DNA of 64,000 nt, taken from NCBI GenBank assembly GCA_004022145.1, contig RCNU01000002.1. One strand, given 5' to 3'. Below the pieces are notes generated by a model. That model was given only the letters and a program-made list of their open reading frames with translations. It was not told the origin of the DNA and did not search any database. The stretch's first letter is position 1; every line of letters starts with the position of its first letter. This DNA comes from Paecilomyces variotii. Lineage: Eukaryota. This document shows, in pieces, positions 17,678 through 28,278 of the stretch. The position numbers were made by a program, and so were the translations under genes.

Positions 17678-18070
17678 TTGTAGGGTATTTCTGTTCGAGC
17701 AAGCGATGGGGGACCATCCTTAGAGGTAGTCGGGTTGTTGGATGACTCAAAAGACTCTTCCTCTCTTAGAGAATAGGCTTGTCCAAGCAGAGTCCTTAGC
17801 ACAATCTTCCAAAGACCTACTCGTATCCCTTTAGGGAAGGGTGAGGAACCTGTTCAAAGTGGAAGGCGCGCCCTAAGTGATGCCCTTGTGCAAGCAAGTA
17901 ACAGAGGAAAGCGCTTAGCTAACAGAGATAGGACTAACTAATCCCCGCTAAACTCCAAGATAGAGGGGAAATTTAGGATCTCTTGCAGACTGTAACATAT
18001 TGTAAGGGGGAAATTATTAATATTTTAGGGCTGAACTCTGGGCAGACCAATAAACGACGGGGTCATAACA
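16970..18070 (-). mobile_element. Decayed LTR-retrotransposon 5' part (Gypsy-type gag relic with a short LTR-like remnant)
   Basis: Minus-strand peptides FSGGIDQSASKWLKKY...PKLFFEGLEIV / LTGEAAAWAEG / SEVSRLHQRETESLTHYYQRAKNLLQRVGAKDR...ESATLDHVIDSWIR resemble fungal Gypsy Gag, with frameshifts. A TGTTA...TTACA-bounded 70-bp segment lies at 18001-18070 upstream. No pol is seen. Confidence 0.6.
17632..17674 (-). repeat. 43-nt poly(T) (poly(A) on the minus strand) inside the decayed element
   Basis: Direct reading. Confidence 0.95.
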
Positions 18071-18208
18071 GGGCTGAATGATGGTACAACAATAGGCTCA
18101 AGGACTAGGCACAGTACGTCGTGCTCTATAGACTGCTTGAGACGACAGATCAAATGGGTCAACTAACGCTCACCCAGGGCCCTAAGTATTGAGGTCCCTG
18201 CGTCGGTC

Positions 18209-19228
18209 ACCAGAAGAAACAGACTACTCTGAATCCCTTGCCAAATGGTGATCGCATAATCGGTATTAATCGTCTTTGCTAGCAATGTGGATATCTTCAA
18301 AGAGCAAATCTTCAGTAGAATCTTCTATGCCAAGCCGAGGAGATAGAGTTATTATAGCGGGTATGGTGCCACCATAAGCTAGCGCAGGCCGTGGTTCTTC
18401 ATTATATTAACAAAACGCTGCTCCACGTCATCTGATAAGTTGACTTGTCCATGCAGTTGTAAGTGTTCGAAAAAGATTCTCAAGAAGTCTGCGGTATCAT
18501 CCTAGGATGAAGTGCTTGATATTGAGCAAGCTTTCCATCCAGAGTTTGTTTGGCCTAGGCGAAAGTAGCAAAGACATTGGAGGACACTGGAGAGCTTAGG
18601 TTTTCCCGCGGGATTTTCAATAGACAACTCGAAAATGTTCTAGTCTTCGTGCTCTTTATGTATTTGCAAGAATGGTATGTCGAGTCGCTCTCTCCAGTGA
18701 TATCCTCTATGATAGTTATACAATTCTGGTTAAGAGGATTCAAGACCTCTATAATTACCTCCTCTTTCCAGTCAGTATAATTTCGATACAAGATATATAA
18801 GAGATATATACTTACGTTAGCTAGGATAAACCTAGCTGTTCCGATTCTGAGGGGTCATTAGTTACATATGGCCACTTTGGCCGCAGTAGTAACAAGAGTG
18901 TTATACTTATAAGCACTATAAAAATTATAGTTAAAGTATATTTGCACTGTGCGACTCTTTTTTGCTATTTGTTAATGTTACCTAATTAGCTAGTATTAGC
19001 GATATGAGGGATAGATACTTACTTACTGTTGCTCTTCCGATAATAAAGTGAACTTAGAGATCTTAACGGCGGCGGGGCAGGGCCTTATTTATAAAAACTT
19101 TCGCACCTACCTGTCCTATTATTGCTGTGGAGCCCCTATGTCCTCTCTCCTAGCACTTTCATGTCATGGAGCGCTACCTCATCGGTGAGATCAACGAAAA
19201 TATGGACCTTAGCACGACCTGGCATCAT
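18209..19228 (-). pseudogene. Degenerate fungal HNH-nuclease-domain (HNH_2-like) gene with in-frame TAA/TAG stops and a frameshift; its continuation lies at 17330-17448
   Basis: Minus-strand DDTADFLRIFFEHLQLHGQVNLSDDV...ITLSPRLGIEDSTEDL...SKDD*YRLCDHHLARD matches the pre-HNH region of Eurotiomycete HNH proteins. The displaced piece reads GSTQCAHIIPYSI. GTAAGT intron donors occur upstream. Whether the exons up to 19228 belong to the same gene is uncertain. Confidence 0.6.
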
Positions 19229-20119
19229 CGAAATTGAACAATTAGGGGACAGACTGAAAGATCCTCAAGAAAATGGTAAGGTTAATTCACAAACTAAGTG
19301 AAGCAGGGAATATGTGAATAAGGAGAATCGACTGAGCTTACTTGGGAGGAGAATGAATGCCTCGTCACAAGGTGACTGCACAGAGCGCGGAGTGTGGCCG
19401 AACATCATCAAACATAGTTATACGTTCAGCCAGGACTCGCTTGCCGTTAGTTGGTAGACAATGGAACCCTTTTAGCGTGAGACTTCTAGTACTATGAGGT
19501 TCATGGTTATAAGTCCTGGCCTCTGCCTCTTCTTGAATAAATGCAGACGGGAGGTCGGTATATAACCCGCTGCTCTTACTGAAGAGAGAGAGAGAAACTA
19601 TTAATCATCTGTTCAGATGTGCTGTCACCATAAATCGCTATGGCTAACAGACTAGGTTATGTTGATAAGCTGGATGAGGGATAGTTATAGGAATACTCGA
19701 CGAGGTATACTTGTGCTTGTGGACTGATTGGTAGGAAGTAGTAACTATAGAAGGAGGAAAAAGCAATCGCAGAAGACGTTCCCCAGGTCCTAGACCATTC
19801 TGAAGTGGGTTGAATATACCCAGAGGAATTCACACTTAGCCATTAATACTAGATGGTGAATCTAGGATAGCAAGCAATTGAGTACACTCAGTCTCAGGGA
19901 TATGATTAGCTCCCTACTTTTGAAATGCGACGCTCCTCATTTTGTGCTCGTAACTTTCAGTTGAAAAGCTCCTTTGGTAAAATCGACAAAACCTCCCTTG
20001 GTATCACATTTTTCCGCCCACACTGCCTGAACTCGCACGCCATCCCAAAGATATTTTCTTAAGATCATACATAATAGTGAACAGATACCACCTACTCCAG
20101 TTGAGAACTGACTGGCCAA

Positions 20120-21010
20120 TCAAGCCAAGGAACCGACATGATGTGCCTGCTGTTCAGCAAGATGCGTCAAAGCATCTATGGCGATATGGACGACTGGCAA
20201 GACTGGCTCTGGCAAGACAGGCTCTTCGTCAATCTCCATATCCTGAATTGCCAGAAGATGCTCTTGGATGGTGGTGCGTTCACGGAGCACCATCCTACTT
20301 CCCCGGGTAGAATGTGGAACTTCCTCTATCTCGGCTGCGTCCTCCATTTCAGTATCAGCTTCCTCATCCTCTAGTGCCCCTTCGCTCATATTTTCCTTGT
20401 CCTCGCCAGCATCAGGGTACCATCTCGGGTCAGGCTGCGATCCGTAGATGTCGTAGTCGAAAGGATCTTCGTAAATCTGAAAGTCCGAGAAGGATTTCAG
20501 AGGAGAGGTGAAGCCTCCAAATCTCATAAAACCACTATCGTAAATCGAAATAAGAAAGGTTTGATCAGTGGGTGATGATTGCTGAAGGAGCGTAGGCGAT
20601 TCCATTGGCTGATCATCGATTGTGTTGCCTGGAGAACACGGTTCTTCTTGCTTTTCTCCATCTGCTTTCGACGGCAGATGGATATCACCATTGCTCTTGA
20701 CTGGGTCACAGGTGAGTCTGGCCTTCTTTCTAGGAGGAGGCATCAGGAAAGAGTCTTTTTCGGCCATATCTTCGTTTTCGTAGTCCCTTCTGCGCGCTCG
20801 AGGCTTGTCCATCGTTATAGTAGGCTCTGGAAGTACAGATTCCTGGCTCTTGTTCTTAAGGGAGGCAATCTTCTGACGGCGGTATAAGGCGGCCTATTTA
20901 GTTGTCAATTTTCCATTAGAAAAAAACAACAATTCCATGGCACCTAGGAACAGCGTACTTACGCATTTTTCCACATCGAGACAAAGCAAGAGATCAATCT
21001 CATCCATCAT
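20120..21010 (-). CDS. Hypothetical acidic/disordered protein (~273 aa; exons 21010-20963, 20893-20120) with an NLS and ABBA/KEN/D-box-like motifs
   Basis: The 230-aa ORF is extended by an in-frame GTAAGT...TAG intron (20894-20962). Motifs PPPRKKARL, FQIYEDP, DKENM, RMVLRE. Confidence 0.65.
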
Positions 21011-21937
21011 TATCGCGCAGATTATCCCCAGCCTTCAATATATCTGATCGTCTGCCTGACTGTAGCCTATATGAAGCAAAGAGCATTGGGATCGTTAGCT
21101 GTCTATCTCTATTTGTATCTCGAGCCCTCATCTCCTGTATTGCATCTAGTCCTGCTCTTTGATATATATCCAAAAGATGTTTGTACGTCCGGACGAAGGG
21201 GACACAGGGTCCTGACTGCTCTCAGCTGCCATGGAGTAAAGACCTGAATTGAGATCCATCAGAGTCAGAAACTAATCCCCCCATTGCCTTTTCGTGATGG
21301 AGATGTCGAAACTTACAGTAAGAAGAAACCGCGGACATGGCCGAGATTTGATGCACTCATCTTATGTGCAGGAAACACGCATACGAGCACAGAGTAACCC
21401 AGGCTGGCGTCCATCAAATGGTCCACCGTCACGTCCAGCAGACTCGGAATTTCTGATAAAAGTATTGAAACACGACTCGTTCATCGTTGACTGTATCCAA
21501 AAATCAAAGAGCTCAGGGAAGCAAGTCGAGTAGCATCGGGAGGGGTTATTCTGAGCGAGAACTTGCCTTGTCTTATCTGGAAGTCCCTCCTAGGTCTTCA
21601 GTCCGTATAAAATAGATAGAAGCTGTCAAGCGACCTGTAAAAGTGGACGACGAAGGAAAATAACGACTAGCACAGACGATGAGTGAACTGATACTAAGTC
21701 ATAATATAGAGGATAAAAACAAAGAGCTGTATCAAATGAAAAGGTCACAGTGCGAGAGAGTAAAATTTCATTAAAGAAGTAATCACGCTGTTCAGATTTG
21801 TGTTAAGTGAACGTTGTTAGGGTGCTGACCCTTTACCTGCTGGGTTGTTCAGTCGTGTTAAACCCGCGGCGACTTCCGCACAGTGCAGAATAAAAGAAAG
21901 CACTTCTATCCAGACAGGACGCCGTGCGGTAGCAACT

Positions 21938-22460
21938 TCAGCATATGTCTCTCATCAGACACTGAATATATAATTTGTATCGCAGTCCTTCGAATATTCG
22001 AATATCTGTCCCCACCGTAGTAGATTTATGAATGACTCCTGTCCTCGAAGGCCTCCCTCCCTTGGTCTCCATCATCTTCGAACCTATAGGTCCAGATAGC
22101 ATCTTCTTTTTAATGAGAACATCGAAGTCAATGAGGAAGGGAATAAATGGCATATATATGTGGTCGACGGAATAAGCCAACGAAAATCTTCGCATAACGC
22201 GGAATTAGACTTCCTCATCGCTTAGGTAGTAAACTAACTATACAACATCACCCAGAACGTTTCCTTGACATTAACACCACTAAACCTAGATCCTATACAG
22301 AAACTCACAATGTCTGGCTTGACGACCAGCCTGTGCCCTTCGAATGTCGCTAATCTCGTTGCGAACGGTCTCTCTCGTCTAGCTGGTCCTCTGGTTGGAA
22401 CGAAATACGGCGAGTGGCAGATGAGGATGTGCATGGCCCCGCGAGTCTCTATAACCACAA
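21938..22460 (-). pseudogene. Degenerate gene fragment of unknown family
   Basis: Two ORF pieces join in frame across a GTGAGT...TAG intron (...VVKPDI^LVYYLSDEEV*FRVMRRF...), with one internal TAA. Confidence 0.35.
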
Positions 22461-23297
22461 GACCTCCTCATATCTCTATTCAAAAAAGCTGCTTCATTTA
22501 ATTAAACATGATTCTGTCGCTAGAGATTTGCCTTCTAAGATAGTAGTGAGATTAGAAGATAGATACCTATGCAGCGAGTGAAATAGTTCTTCAATCGGGC
22601 TACAGATTGGTACCTAACGTCTTGAACACTAATTACCATTCTCAGTTATCCGAGTTCAGTTTGTCCAATTCTTCTATCACATGAACCCGTGAAGTGGCGA
22701 AGTTAGATAATAATGACATCTAAGATGCAGCAATCTATTACATGATTATTCAAAATCAAGGCATCCATCGGCCACACCTCGAAAGAAAACCTTGGGGTAA
22801 CTACTTATTTCTATGCAAAAAAAGACTCAACATCTAGACTAGAACCGACCCTGAAACTCCAACCTAGTAGTTCACACCTGCTTGCTAGTAAAGACCCAAA
22901 TCGACATCCCTTCACCGTCGTCAAAAGAAGAGCAAAACAAACAACAGCCGAAGCGAAAGTAAACTGACCAAGGCATAGAATAGAATTCCAAATACTAATA
23001 GTAAAGTATGACAGACATCCGGCGGGCCGAAACCTAATTTAATTCCCTTTCGTACGCGCACAGACGTCGATGCGCATTGTCCTTGTTTACTCACAGCAAG
23101 CCAGGGCAGTTAGTTCCAGGCTTAAAGTAGCATTTTCTTTTTTAGGGCTTTTTAGCGACAAGTATTCCGGTGCCCCTGGCCCGCTTATTTTATCCTTCTA
23201 CCAACAACAACTATCGAGAGCCATTATTAGTCTGGTTTTTTTTTTATTTGTGAGGCTGGAGGCTCGTGGGTAAATCGAATACTGTAGTAGTTAGTAT

Positions 23298-23333
23298 GTA
23301 ATACTAATACTACTAATAATAATAATAATAATA
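23298..23333. repeat. (TAA)n / (TAC)n microsatellite
   Basis: Direct reading. Confidence 0.85.
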
Positions 23334-26300
23334 TGTAGTATATCTAGTCGCAGCCACCCCCTCCCGAGAGAGGAAGCGGAGGTTCTAGACTGTTGCTGTT
23401 CCTTGGAGTTTGGTGCAAATCCTAGATCTTAGCGGGAATGGGCGGAGATCACACCGAGTAAGACCGATGCTGAAGATCATGCATGGCATGTGATGTGATG
23501 GGATGCAGGGTTTGTTTGTGAATGATTTTTTTTTCCTGCTGGGATTCTTCAAGAAGGAGGACAAATGCCGTAGTGTATCTATCTTGTGTTGTTTGGTTTT
23601 TGGATTTTGTTAGAGGTGTTCTGGTGCTGTAGGTAGGTCGAGTATTACTTATTGCGAAGTATTTTCGTTAACTAAATAATACTCTGTGCCAAATCCACCA
23701 TGGTCATCACGTGTGTCTAAGAGACACACACAGGCCACCTAGGTGGCCGCTTCGCCTTGCCCATGAGAAAAGTCGCATTACTGTAGGGATGGCCTCGTTA
23801 ACCGAAGGAGTGTGTGATCGAGTATTTAGATATCTCATAAAAAGCATCATGCAGACTCGAACTTACCGGCCGAGAGGATTTACTTAACCGGGATACCTGC
23901 AGAGTGATACGTAACTGTAGACAAAGAGCGATAATCTCAAAATCAGGACCGGGACACGAGGGAGTAAGTAAGTATATTATTCCCATACCATATGCAAGAG
24001 AACTCTCCCCCATCCTGACGGGGTAGAAACATAAGTAGGACGTAATGTAATCACTAATGGATCACTCCCACAGAGACTAACTATCCCCAGCGAATCATAT
24101 GAAATGCACCAACCGATGCAACTGAGCGTTGCATATTCCCCTCTTGCTGTCATATTCACTGACAGATAACGCTGCTGACAGCTGCGCGTAAGTGGCGTAG
24201 TCTCCCAAAAGGCAATCAAGACCACCGATTATTATGGTGTGTGTGTATGTGTATATGTGTGTAAGTTTGTTGGAGCCGGAAATACTCTACATAGGTAGCA
24301 GGTGTCGATCCCTTCGAAACAAGCACTGGCATGCTCGTCTCTCTCTCCCTTTCATTGTTGTTTCACTGTACCTCTCTCTCTTTCTCTCGATTTCTTTCTC
24401 TCCGCATGTCTCCTCGTTGGAGAAAGGGGGTGTGACACGCAATCATCGAAAATAGGAACACATTGGGCGATGATTTCCCCATGATACTGTTTCGATCGCG
24501 CGTACGGGGTGTACGTTGTACCCCTAAAACAGCAAATGCTGTCTTAACATCGGAACCTCGGCGACATATGTCCAATGTCCGTCCCAGCCCTATGTCGGAT
24601 TGCTCTGAATTCGGCCCTGTCGATGGAGCAACTGCCATGATGTGTCCTGGCGGTCAATCAGCTAGTCTGATCTGGTAACAACTCTGGACCGTGCTCGCGG
24701 CGTGAACCCGGCTTTGCATCGGTCGGTAGAACGATCCTTCCGATGTCCCCCCATTGACGGAGACTTAATTGTTCGATTATCGATGTATCGATGTATCAGT
24801 GCTCAAGTGGAGAGATGAATTGGTGTCTTGTTCGTAACATACAGTTACGTTCGTACTTTACATCGTCATCGATTGTGGCGCTACGTATTATAGAGTAGAA
24901 AATTAGGGGGGGGGAGCATATTCTTGACCCAACAACGACAACAATACAATAGTGACAACTAGAATTGCGAGGCTTAAAAATTTGGGTTGATACTGCAAGA
25001 GACATTTCTTAGCTCCCGCGCGGGAATGTCTTGGTTGGCTCACAGAAAGAGCTTTTGGCTTTGGTGATCGACCAGTAAATGGGCGACGAAATATTTACTT
25101 TTCGAATGCGGATGCGGAGCCGTCATCGGGCCGTCCATAGATATTGGGGGAGCGCGCCTGATGCGGATATATATGATGGAGCCTGGAGGTGAACGCGCAA
25201 AGCGATACCAACCTCTAGTCTAATCCACTAGTTGCAACGTCGCTGGCTGCTGGCACAGCAGTGAACTTGCCGCAGCAGTTCTGGACCAGTTGGGTCTGCA
25301 GCTCGACGCTTTTTGCCCTAGACATTTGCCGGTGACGAACAATTAGAGTAGTGACCAAAAATTGGGCAACCGACCGACAAGGGTCCGGCCTCTTCAGCCA
25401 AATTGTTCTCTCACAGGATCACCTTCCCTGTCGGCGGCAATTCAATCGGCCACCTAAGACATTTCTTGATAGCACCGTCTGCACCCGGAAATCTCATCAA
25501 TGACCAGGCTTTCCGAAAAGACATGTATTCTCCTCGAAAAGTGTGGTCAACGGCGCGGTCGCCTGATGCTCTCTGCCTGTGGAAAGTTTTAAAAACAGAT
25601 CTTTACAGTCTGCGACTCTGCGGTGGTGTTGTAACTTGAACAGTTCTGTCAGTTACCCGAAACGGATCTCAGCATTAGTGCCCTGGCCGGCGCTTCGTGG
25701 CCGAGAGTGAGAGGAAGAATCCATTGGTGATCGGCCTGTGCCACTCTATCACCCGTCGGCTGTGACAGGCGGGGTTATTTAGGAGAAGATATGGCGAAGA
25801 TGAAGGTAGGTATCCATCTGGTCATGATTGAATGTTCCATCTAGAATCAGGTAGTAACTAGTAATAATACTGCTGGAAAAAAGTCCAGGGGCACATTAGG
25901 CGGTAGGCAGATCTGGCATAGCCAAACCCCACGAGCGGAGCAGAACCACAAGTTCCACAGAATCCCTTCGAGCATGTGGCGGAAAAGCGAATCAGGGCGA
26001 CTTCCACGACTATATGCAAGAGCAAGAGAATTTTCATTATGTAGCGGGAGATTGATTGCGCTTTACCGCCAAAACTTGACTTGACTATCATCAATAGTAG
26101 CCATCATGCAAAGAAAACTCCACATCAAACGTAGATACGAGCATGAGGCATGTGCAAAATAATCAGCCAACGCCCCCATGCGGACCGATACGGACCAAAC
26201 TCAATGCGAAAAAGAGATCCAAGAAATAATATCTGCATGTCCAAGGTTTCCTTTATGTGCCTTGGATGACAACGCGTCAAAATGAGCGGTTATTGTCTGC

Positions 26301-26548
26301 CCGACAATAAGAAAAAAAAAAAAGAAAAATATAGTAAAGGAAATGACAGAATTAGGTATCACAGAAGATAGGTATCACGCTAGAAAGGAGGTTCACGGAA
26401 TGAGAGGCTATGCAAAGGCTGCTTTTTTCCTGTCACGAGTTCCAGCAAACGAGACGCTAAGGATCAAATGCCCACTGCCCATGGGGAAATTGAATGTAAC
26501 CGAAGGCCAGGGCACGCTAGACGAATACGAAGATTCAGTTCGTTCGGA

Positions 26549-27505
26549 TCACATCCGGAATCGGGAGGCGGAGCGGAACGCGGCCAAGTCGATAGATATG
26601 GATTCCGCAGAAGCATTATCATCAACTTCGATGGCTGTCGAGCCCGGCGCCGGTGGCTTGCCATTCTCCGCCGCTAGGGCAGTCACACCGGTGGGCTTGT
26701 CTTTTGCTGACTCGTGATTCGGATCCTCCTCTTCTTCCTCTTCTGTCTTATTCTGTTCCTGCAACCTCTTCTCCTCCTTCAAGCGTTCAACCTCGGCCGT
26801 GGCCATCTCCAACAAGATTTGGAACTTCTCCTGGACGCCCTGCAGTTCAGCGGAGCAGTCTCCGCAGCGAAGGAATTGGTGGGCACCTGACTCGCACATG
26901 CTCTGTGCCAGCTCCAGCTGCTTGTCGGCAAAATCAAAGGGGGATTCTTTCTTGGTGTTGCGCCTTGGGCCAACAGCAGCCGCGAGTTCGGATGCCGTCT
27001 GGGCTGCGTTGATCTGGCCGAAGGTGGTGGTCGACGGGTCACTCAATTTGGAAAACATACTCATAGCAAAGCCGCCCGGCCTGACCATCTGCGACATTTT
27101 GCCTCTGCGGATGTTATTCCTCGCGGAGCCGATATCCCGCACCACCTGTTCCATTTCCTTCTGTGCGTGGCCGTCGTAGTGGACGACGACCATATGGCGC
27201 GTCCGAATGATCGGAGGAGCATCGTCGCCCGATCGAACTGACGGCTCGTCATCTGTCCGTCTCTTTCGAGGGTTTGCGGCGGACGCGTCCTCGGGAGGAT
27301 TCGTGTCATCGGGGCGAAGCGAGTGAAGTGAACTGTTCTTGCGCCGGCGCGGCTTGACATGCGTGAGTTTCTTGTACTCTGCGGAGAATTCGGCGTGTTT
27401 GGCGGCCGTATACGTCGCCAGGTCGGAGACTCGGGTGATCCATGACGGTAGGTTTTCACTAAGGTAGGCGAAGCTTTGCAGCGCATCCATCGAACGGGCG
27501 GCCAT
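26549..27505 (-). CDS. Conserved fungal hypothetical protein, 318 aa, intronless
   Basis: Long ORF with strong GC3 bias. Motifs VVVHYDGHAQ...IGSARNNIRRGKM and CESGAHQFLRCGDC are recognisable from a Pezizomycotina uncharacterised family. Confidence 0.85.
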   Translation of the reverse strand: MAARSMDALQSFAYLSENLPSWITRVSDLATYTAAKHAEFSAEYKKLTHVKPRRRKNSSLHSLRPDDTNPPEDASAANPRKRRTDDEPSVRSGDDAPPIIRTRHMVVVHYDGHAQKEMEQVVRDIGSARNNIRRGKMSQMVRPGGFAMSMFSKLSDPSTTTFGQINAAQTASELAAAVGPRRNTKKESPFDFADKQLELAQSMCESGAHQFLRCGDCSAELQGVQEKFQILLEMATAEVERLKEEKRLQEQNKTEEEEEEDPNHESAKDKPTGVTALAAENGKPPAPGSTAIEVDDNASAESISIDLAAFRSASRFRM

Positions 27506-28235
27506 GGCTGGTGGCCGCGCTTAAGGTTTCGTTCGATAGCGGATGGGAAGGTTGCAAAGGAGATGTATCTCTTTACGTTCGTACGGTCGTAAAATCGTTA
27601 AATCCCACGGATTCCAGACCGATTTGCAGGCTATGGTGGAATTGCAGGCAGATCGCGAAGAGAGAGGGGAGAGAGTGAGTCGAAACCAAGTGATGGACGG
27701 CGGATCTCTACATAGCCTGGCACCACTCGAGCCGCGGCAAGAGAAAGGGAGGACAGCTCCAAAGGCGATCCGGGCCAACCACAGACAGTGAAGCAGTGGG
27801 ATTGGACTTGTCTCCCTCGTCTTCTGTGCAGAGGATGGGAAGAATGGAAGAGGATAAATAATGCAGAAGGTAGAATCGGAACGTGGGATCAGATCGATGG
27901 GGAGAGAAGAAAGACGACGGGGGGGGAAGAAGAGAAAGATGTCGGTTGGTATGGGCAGCAGCAGGTACTTAGTCTACTTGGCCGGCCAGGCCGACAGAAC
28001 CGTAGAGAGGGCAGAGAGAGGGGGGGAAGACGGCAGGGCGAGGTCGGCGGTAAGATTACCGTTTTTACCGTCACGGACGCTGCCCGCCGGGTGTAACAGG
28101 GGCTAACGTAACGTGGTAAGGTGGTACCGTAAGATGGTAATAATGTCTGTTACTGGAACTGTCTATCCCATTTAATTAATTCCTCGCTCGTCGATGACCA
28201 AGTAATCATCTTGTCGCTGTCTTTTCTCTGTCTCT

Positions 28236-28278
28236 CTTTGTCTGTTCGTCTGTCTGTTCGTCTGTCTGTCTCTCTGTC
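28236..28278. repeat. (TCTG)n/(TTCG) imperfect microsatellite
   Basis: Direct reading. Confidence 0.7.
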
